From Ginglymostoma cirratum (Eukaryota), in assembly GCA_024137785.1 (NCBI GenBank), contig JAHRHZ010000029.1, forward strand, positions 7,601,253 to 7,665,252: 64,000 bases of DNA. The letters are read 5' to 3'. Below the pieces are notes generated by a model. That model made no database searches, was not told where the DNA came from, and saw only the letters and a program-made list of their open reading frames with translations. The position numbers were made by a program, and so were the translations under genes. Numbering within the stretch: position 1 is the first letter of the stretch; the number at the start of each line of letters is the position of its first letter. Positions 1 through 11,074 of the stretch are shown here, piece by piece.

Positions 1-790
1 CGACTGGGAGGTGCAGTTGTTTGTTGCGAACTGAGCGCAGGTGTTCTGCAAAGCGGTCCCCAAGCCTCCGCTTGGTTTCCCCGATGTAGAGGAAGCCACA
101 ACGGGTACAGCGGATGCAGTATACCACATTGGCAGAAGTGCAGGTGAACCTCTGCCTGATGTGGAAAGTCTTCTTGGGGCCTGGGATTGGGGTGAGGGAG
201 GAGGTGTGGGGGCAGGTGTAGCACTTCCTGCGGTTACAAGGAAAAGTGCCGGGTGTGGTGGGGCTGGAGGGGAGTGTGGAGCGGACAAGGGAGTCGCGGA
301 CGGAGTGGTCCCTCCGGAAGGCAGATAAGGGTGAGGAGGGAAAGATGTCTTTGGTGGTGGGGTCTGACTGCAGATGGCGGAAGCCCAGCTCATCTCCACC
401 TCCCTAACCGGTTTTTCCTCTCACCCCAAGCCACACCCCCATCTCCTATCTACTAACATCATCCCGCCCCCTTGACCTGTCCGTCCTCCCTGGACTGACC
501 TATCTCCTCCCTACCCCCCTACCTACACTCACCTTTACTGGCTCCATCCCCGCCTCCTCGACTTGTCTGCCTCCTCTCCACCTATGCTCTCCTCTATCCA
601 TCTTCTATCCACCTCCCCCTCTCTCCCTATTTATTTCAGAACCCCCTTCCCCTCCCCCATTTCTGATGAAGGGTTTAGGCCCGAAACGTCGAGTTTTCCT
701 GCTCCTATGATGCTGCTTGACCTGCTGTGTTCATCCAGCCCCATGCTTGTTATCTTGGATTCTCCAGCATCTGCAGTACCTTTTATCTCT
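1..790 (-). mobile_element. Penelope-like retroelement copy A: GIY-YIG/linker region on the minus strand (1-~381) fused to an inverted copy of the 3' terminal region (~382-790, plus strand)
   Basis: 1-380 is nearly identical to 11698-12080 (GIY-YIG region). From ~382 the sequence switches to the reverse complement of the 11075-11500 terminus, ending ...GCAGTACCTTTTATCTCT. Directly abuts Gypsy RT sequence. Confidence 0.9.
663..690 (+). ncRNA. Minimal hammerhead ribozyme motif in PLE terminus (intact core)
   Basis: CTGATGA-A-GGGT-TTAG-GCCC-GAAAC-GTC: CUGANGA box, 4-bp stem II, GAAA box, palindromic ACGU stem III, GUC cleavage triplet. Confidence 0.7.
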
Positions 791-3173
791 GAATCATCTA
801 ACCAGTCCAGTTTGCAGAACAGGCAGCGCCAGTCATAATGATTGTAAAGCCCAACAGGTTGGTTCGCCTTTGTGGGGATTTTAAACAAATGGTGAACTAC
901 TTTTCAGAGCTGGATAATTTTATATGGAAAGCTGGCAGGGGTGCTGTCCTTAACAAAGCTGGACAGGAGCCATGTGGACTTGCAATTGCGGTCAGATGAG
1001 GATTCCTCGAAGTATACTACAATTAATAACCATAAAGGTTTGAGCCAATATACAAGACAGCCATTTGGGGTATTATCAGCCTGTGCAATTTTCCAGTGGA
1101 TGATGGAAAACATTTTACTATGTCTTCCCTGAGTCATCATTTATCTAGATGACATGATAATAATAGGGAAGTCTAATAAGGAGCACTTAAAGAATTTCAA
1201 CATTTTCTTTAGACGTTTCTCCCAGAGCATAGACCTGAAAAGGGAAAAATGTGAGTTCCAGGCGACCGATGTGACCAACTTGGGCGACAGTGTCAACAAG
1301 ACTGGTTATACATGTTGGAAGATAAAGTGAGGGCGATCAAAGGTGTCCCAACAAGGGGTAATATTAGCTCAAAGGTGGCCCAATTGAGGTGAACAGCCAA
1401 TAGCATATGCATCCAGGACTTTGGCTATTGCAGAGTATAATAGAGAAGGGAGGTTTAGCGGTCATAACTGGAGTCAGGAAGTTTCACCAATATCTTTACG
1501 GACGTAAATTTGTAATAATAATGGACCACAAACCCCTGCTAGGTCTACTTCAAGAGGATAAGGGGTAGGGCCACTCCATAGCTTCAGGCTGAATTCAGTG
1601 GTGGGCTCTAATGTTAAGTGCTTATCATTAGAAGTTGGAACACTGTCCAGGAGGCCAAGTCGCAAATGTGAATGCATTGAGCTGTCTCCCTCTGGCAGTT
1701 ACACCACAAATGGTACCGCCACTGGAAGAGTCTATAATGGTTTTGAATTTTCTGGATCCACTTCCAGTCACAGCTGACAACATCAGACTTTGGATACAGA
1801 AAGATTCGGTCCCGGCAAAACTGAAAATGCTGGTGGTGATGGGGAGCACCAAAGGACCATCACAACCAGAACTGAAACCTTTTTGGACCCGGAGAGACCA
1901 GATCACAGTAGAGGACGGCTTATTATCATGGAGTGCAAGAGTGATTGTCCCGAGCAAAGGTCATTACCAGATACTGGCTGAACTCCACCAGGGTCATCTA
2001 GGGGTTTTCAAAGTGAAGATGTTGGTGAGAGGTTATGTCTGGTGGCCAGGATTGGATACAGACATAGCCGCATTGGCAGGGCAGTGCCCAGATTGCCAAC
2101 AAAGACGAAGATTACTGCCAGCGGATCCCCTACATTCATGGGATTGGCTGGGTAAACCCTGGACTCGGTTACAAGTTGACTGCACAGGTCCTTTTGTGGG
2201 TTCAATGTTCATGGTCATTGTGGCTGGACATGCATAAAGTTCATTTGTCAAACACAAGGACAAAAGAAAAACTGCGTATTTTGCAATATATGGACTCCCA
2301 GAAGCGTTGGTCACAGGTGACGGGCCATCGTCCACCCGCAGGGAATTCAAGGATTTCCTAAAGTCGAATGGTATTTATCATATAAAGACAGCTCCATACA
2401 ATCCTTCATCCAGTGGTCTGGCAGAAAGAGCAGTCCAAACTTTGAAGGCAGGCTGTAAGAAACAGCCTACGGATTCACTAGGTAGCCAATTGTCCAATTC
2501 CTAATTGATAACAGGATCACCTTTCATGCAACTACAGGGATAGCTCCGTCACAGTTGCACGTGGGACAAGACTCTGCACCATGGTAAATTTAATCTTTCC
2601 GGACCTTGGGTGTGGGGAGGGTGAAGCGGCATCAGGAACATCAGTGCTGGACACAAGCTTCTGCTAAGTGAGAGAGACAGTTTACAAGTGGAGATGAAGT
2701 TTGGTGTAGGAACCATGGGAATGGCCCTGAACGAGTAAGAGACATGGTCAACACAAAGTCAGGTCTAGTTACGTTATCAAGTACGGGTAGGTGCAATGGT
2801 CCTGAACAAGCAAGTGGACCATATGAAAGCTGCAAACTTGCAAACGGGCTGGAAGCAAAATGTGCCCTGCTCTTCAGAACAGTTGGAAAGGCTGGCAGAA
2901 CGCATGGGTTCTCCCTCTCTGTCAAGTGGTGAAAAGACCTCTGAACCTGAGATGGACATGGCAAGATGTCACCTTTTCAACACCTTTGCCACCTGAAGAG
3001 GAGAATGAATTTCTTCCGAGATGCTCTTGGCGCAAGAGGTGAGTTACTGGGCATTACACACTGCCCATATCCAAGGAAGAGTCAGAAGAACCTGTCCCGG
3101 TGCTAAAATGCCCCTTGGAGGAGCAACGAGAAAAAGAACCAGCCTCCATCCTCAGACTCAGAGCAGGGGTGGA
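791..3173 (+). mobile_element. Decayed Gypsy/Ty3 (Mag-like) LTR retrotransposon pol: RT, RNase H, integrase, PPT
   Basis: Frameshifted motifs: RLCGDFK, YTTINNHKGLSQYTRQPFGV, IIYLDD (RT); PIAYASRTL, KFHQYLYGRKF, DHKPLL (RNase H); LHQGH..WWPGLD..CPDC, PWTRLQVD, APYNPSSSGLAERAVQTLK (integrase); purine tract GAGCAGGGGTGGA just before the LTR. Confidence 0.92.
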
Positions 3174-3532
3174 TGTGGCAATTGTAATGAGGGTCAGCCA
3201 AGTGGACCTCTGAAGAAGGGTCTAGGCCTGAAACGTCAGCTTTCCTGCTCCTCTGATGCTGCTTGGCCTGCTGTGTTCATCCAGCTCTATACACTGTTAT
3301 CTCAGATTCTCCAGCATCGGCAGTTCCTACTATCTCAGAGAATATGAGTTCCCTGATTGGGGTTGTTAATCTGGTCCAATAAGGGAGCCCTGGCTGACAG
3401 ATGAATGCAGGCATGTCAGACATTCTGTTCACTGAGCTGGCTCTGAGGGAGCTGGAACTGTGTTAAGGACTTTCCACGTGTAAATAAAGGGTGACTTGGT
3501 GGCAGGATACTGGCCTCTGTGGAGTTATTTCA
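3174..3532 (+). mobile_element. Gypsy 3' LTR (TG...CA), interrupted by a PLE mini-element
   Basis: Starts TGTGGCA right after the PPT, has AATAAA at ~3483 and ends TTATTTCA. Confidence 0.7.
3209..3336 (+). mobile_element. PLE-terminus mini-element with hammerhead motif (long end), inserted in the Gypsy LTR
   Basis: TCTGAAGAAGGGTCTAGGCCTGAAACGTC...CAGTTCCTACTATCTC matches the PLE terminus. Confidence 0.85.
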
Positions 3533-3644
3533 CTTTCAAGTTGGCACAATGTGCATATTTGTTACCAACTTAATTCACACCAACTATATATTCACTGTCA
3601 CATTTCTAATGCTTGCCCTTTAGCTTTTCCTTTGTGAAGTTCCC

Positions 3645-3856
3645 ATTGTCCTACTGGACCATAGGGCTGCGCTCTCATTAGAGAGAGAAGAATGGTGATA
3701 GTTAAACCTGACGGTCACCACATCTCAGGTGTGGGGAAAGGTTAAGAAGGTGAGTCCATCATGGTAACCTCAGCCAGTACAGGAACTAAACCCATGCCAG
3801 AAACATCACTCTGCATCACAAACAAATCATCCAGCCAACTGGTCTAACTGAGCCCC
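3645..3856 (-). mobile_element. tRNA-derived SINE (same family as 49370-49575)
   Basis: Shares CATAGGGCTGC.CTCTC/TTAATAGAGAGAGA...GGGGAAAGGTT.AGAAGG...CATCACTCTGCAT...CAGCCAACTG with 49370-49575. Confidence 0.6.
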
Positions 3857-4800
3857 TTTTTCTCAAAGGATGAAGCAATAAAAGATAGGCACACAAAAGT
3901 TAAATACCATACTCGAGATGAAATGAAACCAGAAAACGCTGGAAAGACTCAATTGATTAGGCAGCATCTGCGGATATTCAAAGTCATGGAAACTCCACAG
4001 ACTTTTAAAAATTGTGGACAGGGACCAATTTCAGAGTCATTCGGAGCATCCTCAATTTTTGCTGGTGCATGAGAGGAATGCAGGTAGGAAATACAACTGC
4101 TGCCTTCCTGATTGGACCAGCTCGATTACAGGAGTAGGCATCTCCTAGCCTCCTAAAATCCTTGTGAGTCTGTCTAGCTTCTCAAGGAATCATGGGTCAG
4201 AGGAGAGTTGAACCATAGTCCAGCTGCAGGAATCTCTTGGAGGTGACTTCAAAAGCTCTAATTCCCCCCTCCCCGCCCCCAGCACCCACCCCCCCCACCC
4301 CACCGCAATAGGCTAACTCAACTCCCACCCATCTCCAACTGAATTGCATACCCTCTATGAGTATACATAGCACGTCCAGGCCCATACACCCACTGTACAG
4401 GCTGTAACAACCAATCAAGGTGATAATAATATTGGATTGTGGGGAAATACTGTAAAAAATTCATAACTCTCTCTGGAAAAGAAAAATCAGCTTTGCAACA
4501 ACACATAAAGTGTCAGTCAGCCAGATCTTTAATACATTGATGCCAGAAAGTAGAAACACTTACTTACACAAGATAAAGAGGTATTAAATATTGAGCCAGT
4601 GACAAAATAGACCACAGGAGAAACACTTGTAAAGCTGTCAATCAGATGATGTTCTCCCTTCCTGGTTTCTGTTACAACAAACATAGAGGTCTGAGCTCCG
4701 AGAGAGTGGGGGGGGAGCTATGGGTATTCTCAGTGGGCCATAGAGTGCCCAATCTTGCCCTTGAACCTTCTGGAAGGTTTTATTGGGTACTCCAACACTA

Positions 4801-5277
4801 ACATAGGAACACAGGAATTAGGAAGGGAAACAGGCAATTCAGCCCCTCAAGCCCACTCCACTATTTAACACGGCTGATCTTATCCTGGTCTCAGTTCCAC
4901 TCTCCTGCCTGCTCCCCATCACTCTTTATCCCTCTTTTCATCAGAAACATATCTATTTCTTTCTTGAATCTATTGATTGATTCTGCACTCTGGGACAGTG
5001 AGTTCCACAGATTCATAACCGTCTGAGAGAAGTAATGTCTCTTCATCTCAGTTTTGAACCTACCTCCTGTCACTCTGTATCTACACGCTCTTTTTCGATG
5101 CTGTCCCACAAGGGGGAACATCTGTTCAACGCCCATCTTATCAATCACCTTTAGCATTTTATGTACCTCAATTAGATTCTCCCTCATTCTACTAAACTCC
5201 AGTGAGTCCAAATCGAAGCTACTCAACTGCACCTCATACGACAGCCCTTTCTTCCCTGGAATCAATCTGGTGAACCT
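4801..5277 (-). mobile_element. CR1 LINE 3' fragment
   Basis: ORF 4891-5265: MIPG..GLSYE..L...SLE..RMR.NLIEV.K...RFKTEMKRHYFSQ.VMNLWNSL, the CR1 ORF2 C-terminus. Confidence 0.9.
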
Positions 5278-7074
5278 AAGCTGGAAACCAGATCAGCTGC
5301 CCAATCCATAGTGGTGACCAGCCATTTAGGGCATAAAGGTCACACTTAGGGATGTTTTGCAATGGCACCACTATTTTCCAGTATTGAGTGGCTCCCTGAT
5401 TTGACTGGAAGCTGTTGGCTCAATGGAAGAAGTTTCTGGGAAGCAGTCAAGGTGGTCATTGGAACTGGAGCTTCCATTCCACCCATCCGTGTGGATACAA
5501 GGCCAGGCACATCTGTCACCACTCTTACAGTGTAGTTTCCCCTCCACTTTGATGGACACCCGCCCCCCCATTGATTATTCAATGCAGGTAACCACGGGGT
5601 CTTCCATGTTAAGACTCACTTGCATTCGTCTACCTGCCTGATCAGCCCCAGGTCTGGGGGTTCCAGCCTGGCCTCTGATTGGTCCCCAGAAACTGCTCAC
5701 CATCCTCGATGAAATGGTGATTTCAGACACAGAAAATTCGGAAGCTGTCTCCTGGAAGGATCGTGCCAGAAGGCACACTGGTGACTTGGACAGGTATGTG
5801 ACTCCCAAACATTTCTGAAGTAGAGTCAAAACAGATTTGGAACATTAATGCTGTTTTTCTCTCTCACAGATGCTACCAGACCTGCTGGGTCGCTCCAGGA
5901 TTATTTGTTTTTGTTCCCAGTATCCCAAAAGCAGTACTTTGCTTTTATCTGACTCCCAGAGAGGTTGAACATCAGGAGCCCAAAGCCCATTGGAAAGTTC
6001 AACCCATTTTCTCTCTCCACATGTGCTACTTGAACCACTTGCTGTTTTCCAATGTTTTATAGCTTTTAATTCCTTCTTGTGTTTTCCTGTTCTGAGATTG
6101 ATTTGGAAATGTTGGCAAACCATTCCCCCGCCCATGACCTAACCCAACTTAACTTCCCCGAGTCTATTTACACATTTTCAGAGTCAAATGCGCCTCGTCC
6201 TAATGTCAGAAGAGCAGCAGTAGATTACAGGCAACAACAAGTGATGAGCTAATTGGGAAGCGATGTGCTAAAATTATAGGGACAGCTCTTAAAGCAACAG
6301 CATTTTCAGATATACGTTTCCAACATAAAACTAATTCCTTCCACACTATCCTGTGTTTTCACAGCAACTAAAATTGGAACAATTAGCCCACCATATGGCT
6401 GGGTCACATGGTAAGTAAGGTATTCCAATTTAATGTGTAATCCCATGGAAAAATCTCATTAAATATCTTCTTGAGCACGCGAATATCGACTGTGTTTTGT
6501 TTCTGCATTCATTTAGGTTTCACGATTATTTTTGCAGCTTTTTAAAATCTATGGAGATGTCAGGCTATCACTCAGGCATTCAGTTTTAAGTCAGAATAAA
6601 GCCTGTACCACTGAAATTTTCCAATGCATAAACCATTACAAAAACAAGGTGCAATGTGGAAATACATTTATTTCTCTTTAAAGTGATTTCTTCCAGCTCC
6701 TATCTGAATAAGCAAAGCAAACACACAGCAAAAACGTGTTAAGGGCTTGTTAACTGCTGCCATGTGCCTTTATGCACAGGAACATTTGGTGCCTCCTGCA
6801 ACTTTGAAACCACTTACAGATGGTCACATCTTCATAGATTTTTGCAAAATGGAAGTATAATATCTCTTGCCTAACTGTCATTATAAACCGGGGATCATTC
6901 TGTTTTCTTCAGTCACATGCACACAGCAAAACAGAACATCAGATCTCAGTTCCCTACCTATTGAAATGTGTGGGTGATTAGCTTCTTATTATTTCCAATC
7001 AGATTCACATATAACATTACAGTCTCCCACTTCTGCTTCAAACCATCTGTTTTAGTTACTGTCAGACTTGATTA

Positions 7075-7270
7075 TTCCAATTCTGTCTCTCAGCTTCTGT
7101 TCTCGATAATGGTGAGATCATCAAAAACTCTGTTGCCTGTATCCTAACTCACATCAGATCCCATTCACCCATTAGCCCAGAGTTCAATGATCTAGATGAG
7201 TTCTGAGTCCAGCAAAGACTAGAATTTAAAATATCCATGTCTGTATTCCAATCCTTCTCTTGACCTTATC
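7075..7270 (+). mobile_element. L2-type LINE ORF2 C-terminal remnant
   Basis: Degenerate KNSVACILTHIRSHSPISP..NDL...V.QRLEFKI, matching the L2 QNxAARIL..SPITPVL..LHWLPV..RI.FKI pattern. Confidence 0.55.
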
Positions 7271-8397
7271 CCTGACTATGGCCTGGATTTATATCCTTGA
7301 GGCAGGTAGTGGGAGTTGAGGAAATTCTTGGGTGACTCTCCTCAACCTTAGAAGAAAACGGCTTAATAGGTGTGATTATCATTAGTTTGGGGGAAGCAGG
7401 TCTGGGTGTAGTCAGGCAAATCTCCCTGGGGGAGAGTTCCAACAAAGCCAAAAGGCCCACATCATGCTGATATGAGCTGTTAAGAGTCCCATTTCTGTGC
7501 TGTGGGACTTCAAACCAGTTATAACGGAAAATGTAAACCCATGCATTCATTAGATTATTGAGAATCTAAGCCTGACGAGGAAAAAAAAATCCTGACTGAC
7601 GGCTCTGGTGCTTGGATTGCTCATGTCAACTGCATAATGTTTGTTTATACAGGATGAAGAAGTTTCAAGTGCTTTCACCTTCTGCTACTGATATTTTAAA
7701 TAACATAAATGATTGATACCTCTATCTGCTTGCACTAAAAGGAGATTTTCTTTTAAGAATGTGGAAAAGAATTAACAGTTTTTAAGCCTTTTACACATTC
7801 CACTATCACTATTGGATTAATTATCTTTATACATTGTATATTGGGTAAATGGCTATGAAAGTGTCAGAGCTTGACATAAAGGTATGAAGGGGCATCTGCC
7901 GGTAGGGAAAGGAACATAGCCTGCTGAGGGAGGCATGAGGAGACCCTTTCGAACTTATCTTTGAAAGTGTTTCCTCATCCAGGCAACCTCTCTAATGTCC
8001 CATGATCCATGACTCTTTTAAAAACCGACCTGACTTCATAAAAAAATCTGGAAAGCCGAGAACATACCTTTCTCTGTAATGCAGCCAGCTAAAACAGGAG
8101 AGCCAAATGTGCATTCATAACCTCAAACAAGCCCAAACTGCTCCTGAAAATCAGAACCCCTGGGAATGGAATCAGGTTTGCCAGAATTAGAAAACATTTG
8201 CCTTTTATAAGGTGTTTCAAATCACCTTGACTTGAGAACATATCTTTCAAGCTCTTCCAACCGCACAAGCATCTAAGAGCTCTGTTTCCTTCAGTTTTGG
8301 CTTTGACTCCATCCTTTATTTCCTTCAGTCCACCAATAATAGTGAGTTGCTAATTGAGCTGTCCAAACCTTAACCTCTAGTATCCCATCCTGAAGGG

Positions 8398-8494
8398 AGA
8401 TACCACAGTGTGGAGCTGGAGGAACACAACAGGCCAGGCAGCATCAGAGGAGCAGGAAAGCTGACATTTCAGGTCGAGGCTCTTCTTCAGAAAA
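8398..8494 (-). mobile_element. PLE-terminus mini-element (short end) with degenerate hammerhead
   Basis: Reverse complement reads TTTTCTGAAGAAGAGCCTCGACCTGAAATGTCAGCTTTCCTGCTCCTCTGATGCTGCC... Confidence 0.8.
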
Positions 8495-8524
8495 ATGGCT
8501 TCACAGTGGTGTTAAAACTGTTGC

Positions 8525-8656
8525 AGAGATAGTAGGAACTGCCGATGCTGGAGAATCTGAGATAACACGGTGTAGAGCTGGATAAACACAGCAGGCCAAG
8601 CAGCTCCTCTGATGCTGCTTGGCCTGCTGTGTTCATCCAGCTCTACACCGTGTTAT
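8525..8656. repeat. PLE-terminus fold-back: 43-bp inverted arms (8562-8604 / 8614-8656), 9-nt loop
   Basis: ATAACACGGTGTAGAGCTGGATAAACACAGCAGGCCAAGCAGC-TCCTCTGAT-GCTGCTTGGCCTGCTGTGTTCATCCAGCTCTACACCGTGTTAT, one mismatch. Confidence 0.9.
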
Positions 8657-10699
8657 TCCTATTTTTAAGTTGCTTTCAGTAATTCTAAATTAAAAAGTTA
8701 CTCACACGTGGCAAATTGACGTTGTGATGAGAAAAGCTTCTATTTTGAGACAAAACAAAATTGTTTGAAGTGTTGCCCCAGTAAGATGACTCATGGTCAA
8801 TATTACTCTACCCAACATGTTAATGCATTTGACTGAAAACTCATGGAGGTGGGATTAAACACTTGTCAAAACAGACTAATTTTGGGTGCAATTTGTGCTG
8901 AATTGCAAATTGTGCAAAATCCAGAAAGTTTACTTGAAACTTGCAGTTGTTAAATTGCAGACTACATCTGGTATTAATCAATTTTTTTTTGAAGAGTTCC
9001 CAAAAAGTCTCAGGACCTATGTCTGATTTGTTGAGTCCAGCCAGTTGTCATAATGTTGCAATTTGTTTTTTATGTGGATTCAGATCTCCCAATCTTGAGA
9101 TCATCAGAGACCAGAGGTACGACCCAAGATGCATGTTGGGATCCTATGGAAGTTTAAACGTGCTGATCTCTGTGGGAACTGCCTGGGAAGTTTGAATTTC
9201 TGATGTGTAATTCCCCTGGTCTCACAAATCTTTTGCTAAAGGCTTGAACTCTGAGTTAGAATCAGATCCTTCAGAGAGTTCCTGGAAATGTTAGACAGAT
9301 TAAAGCTCAGTCTAACTCCTGTGTAACTAAATGACTGACTCTTCTCAGTCACTCACACTGTACCCCTCTGACCCCACTGATCTGCTCTGATTAATCCAAA
9401 TGATCCCTTATCTATCCCCAACTAACCCCTCCTGACTACCCCACTGAACCCTACTATCTATTCCCCAACCTAAGCCAACCCAACTTCCCCTGACCCCCTG
9501 ATTACCTGCAATTTCCTGATTAACCTCCTAATCCAGCTTAACTGTCCGCCCGCAACCATGTTATCTCCTAGCACTCAATCACACCCCAACCAGATTTGGC
9601 AAGACCCTAACCTGACTGTCCCTTATGACCTGTCAATGCTGACCCACCTAACCATGTACATGCCGTTCCATTCACATGTCACACTATCTACTTTCACTTT
9701 ACTCATCTACCCACCCTCTATCCTATCCATCTGTTACCTTGTGCGTCTATGACTCCACTCAACTGCTACCTTGCCATCTGCTATTCTACCCAGTTAGCAC
9801 ATCACCCACATACCAACTTAACTCAACCACTTCTCATATTAATTACCTACCTCTCTTTCCTTTTCTCCTATTCATCAACTCACCCATTCACAAACATTCT
9901 TACTGGATATGTAGAGTTATCACATGCTAGCTAATGCCATATTAAGGGAGCACCTCCACTCTTCTCCTTGACTCCACAGCTCTGTCTAATGGACAATGTT
10001 CTCTTTATTTCTGGGGGATCAGAATACCTAGCAAGACATGCAGAGGAGACAGGGGACAGCAATGGAACTAAGCTCTGAGATGACCTCAATCATTATAACT
10101 GTTTTTCACATTGCGTCTGACAGGCAACTTGTTCAAACAATCCACCAAAGGAGAGCACGTTCATTTTCTAACCATTCAAAGTAGAGGATGGGAAATCATT
10201 GCAAGTGTACTCAAAATTTCCCAACATGCTCTGCTTACAGAAACAAGAGCTGGCCAAAGAAATCCTTCAAAGTCAATATTTTCTTAAGATTTATTACAAC
10301 TTGATGAAACAATTCAAGATGTCTGGGCCTTGCATGTAAGCTATAACTTTCAACTATGCCTGCTGACTTAAGTTTTCTTATTATAAATCACTATGATAAT
10401 GGAAATTATCAAGTAAGACATGGCATGCTTTAATGGAATCCTAGTGGAACACCACCTGTGTCTAAAAGAACAGAGTTATAGCATGACAAATCTAAATTGG
10501 TACTTCCCATCAAAAGTGTTGACTTAGGAATTCAGAACAGAAAACATTAACAGCAATTGAATGTATAAGATCATTAATGGATTAATAGATAGACATGAAA
10601 CAAATGCATGCTTTGAATAGATAATGAAATATGTCTGTGCATCCGACTGCAATTATCCACCAACCGAAAAACTGCACTCCGTATTGATTCCCTGTATGC

Positions 10700-11074
10700 A
10701 TGAGGAATGAGGGTCTTCAGTTGAGTGGAGAGACTAGAGAAATTGGAATTGCTTCCCTTGAGGTGGAGAAGGTTATTGTAAGTCTGAACAGACATATTCA
10801 AAATGATAACATGTTTTGAAAGAAAAGGAAGTGAGAAATGGTTTTGACGGGTGGAAAGGTCAATAGCCAAAAGACAGATGCAAGTCAATTGGCAAAAGTA
10901 AGGAAGGGAGATGAGATTTTTTTTGTACTGTTTTACAAAGAAAATCATTATGATCTGAATGTGCTGCCTGAAAAAGCTGTAGGAACAGATTGAACAGTAA
11001 CGTTCAAAAGGGAATTGGAAAACAGAATTGAAAAATAATCAGAGCAATCGGGGAAGGCAACACTGTCAACTAAT
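10700..11074 (+). mobile_element. Old CR1 3' remnant, host of PLE copy B; resumes after 12790
   Basis: GAGAGACTAGAGAAATTGGAATTGCTTCCCTTGAGGTGGAGAAGG, then GATCTGAATGTGCTGCCTGAAAAAGCTGTAGGAACAGATT, typical CR1 3' sequence. Confidence 0.6.

Noticed and set aside
1635-2237. 200-aa ORF as a host gene
   Set aside because: Gypsy integrase zinc-binding fragment; neighbouring domains are disrupted
5280-5840. Possible Gypsy protease or integrase-tail remnant
   Set aside because: Only vague motif similarity (VIGTGAS); too degenerate to call
9340-9900. C/A/T-rich region with CCCCTGACC/CTAACC-like words resembling telomeric or satellite repeats
   Set aside because: No regular period or (TTAGGG)n array; low-complexity interior of an unidentified repeat
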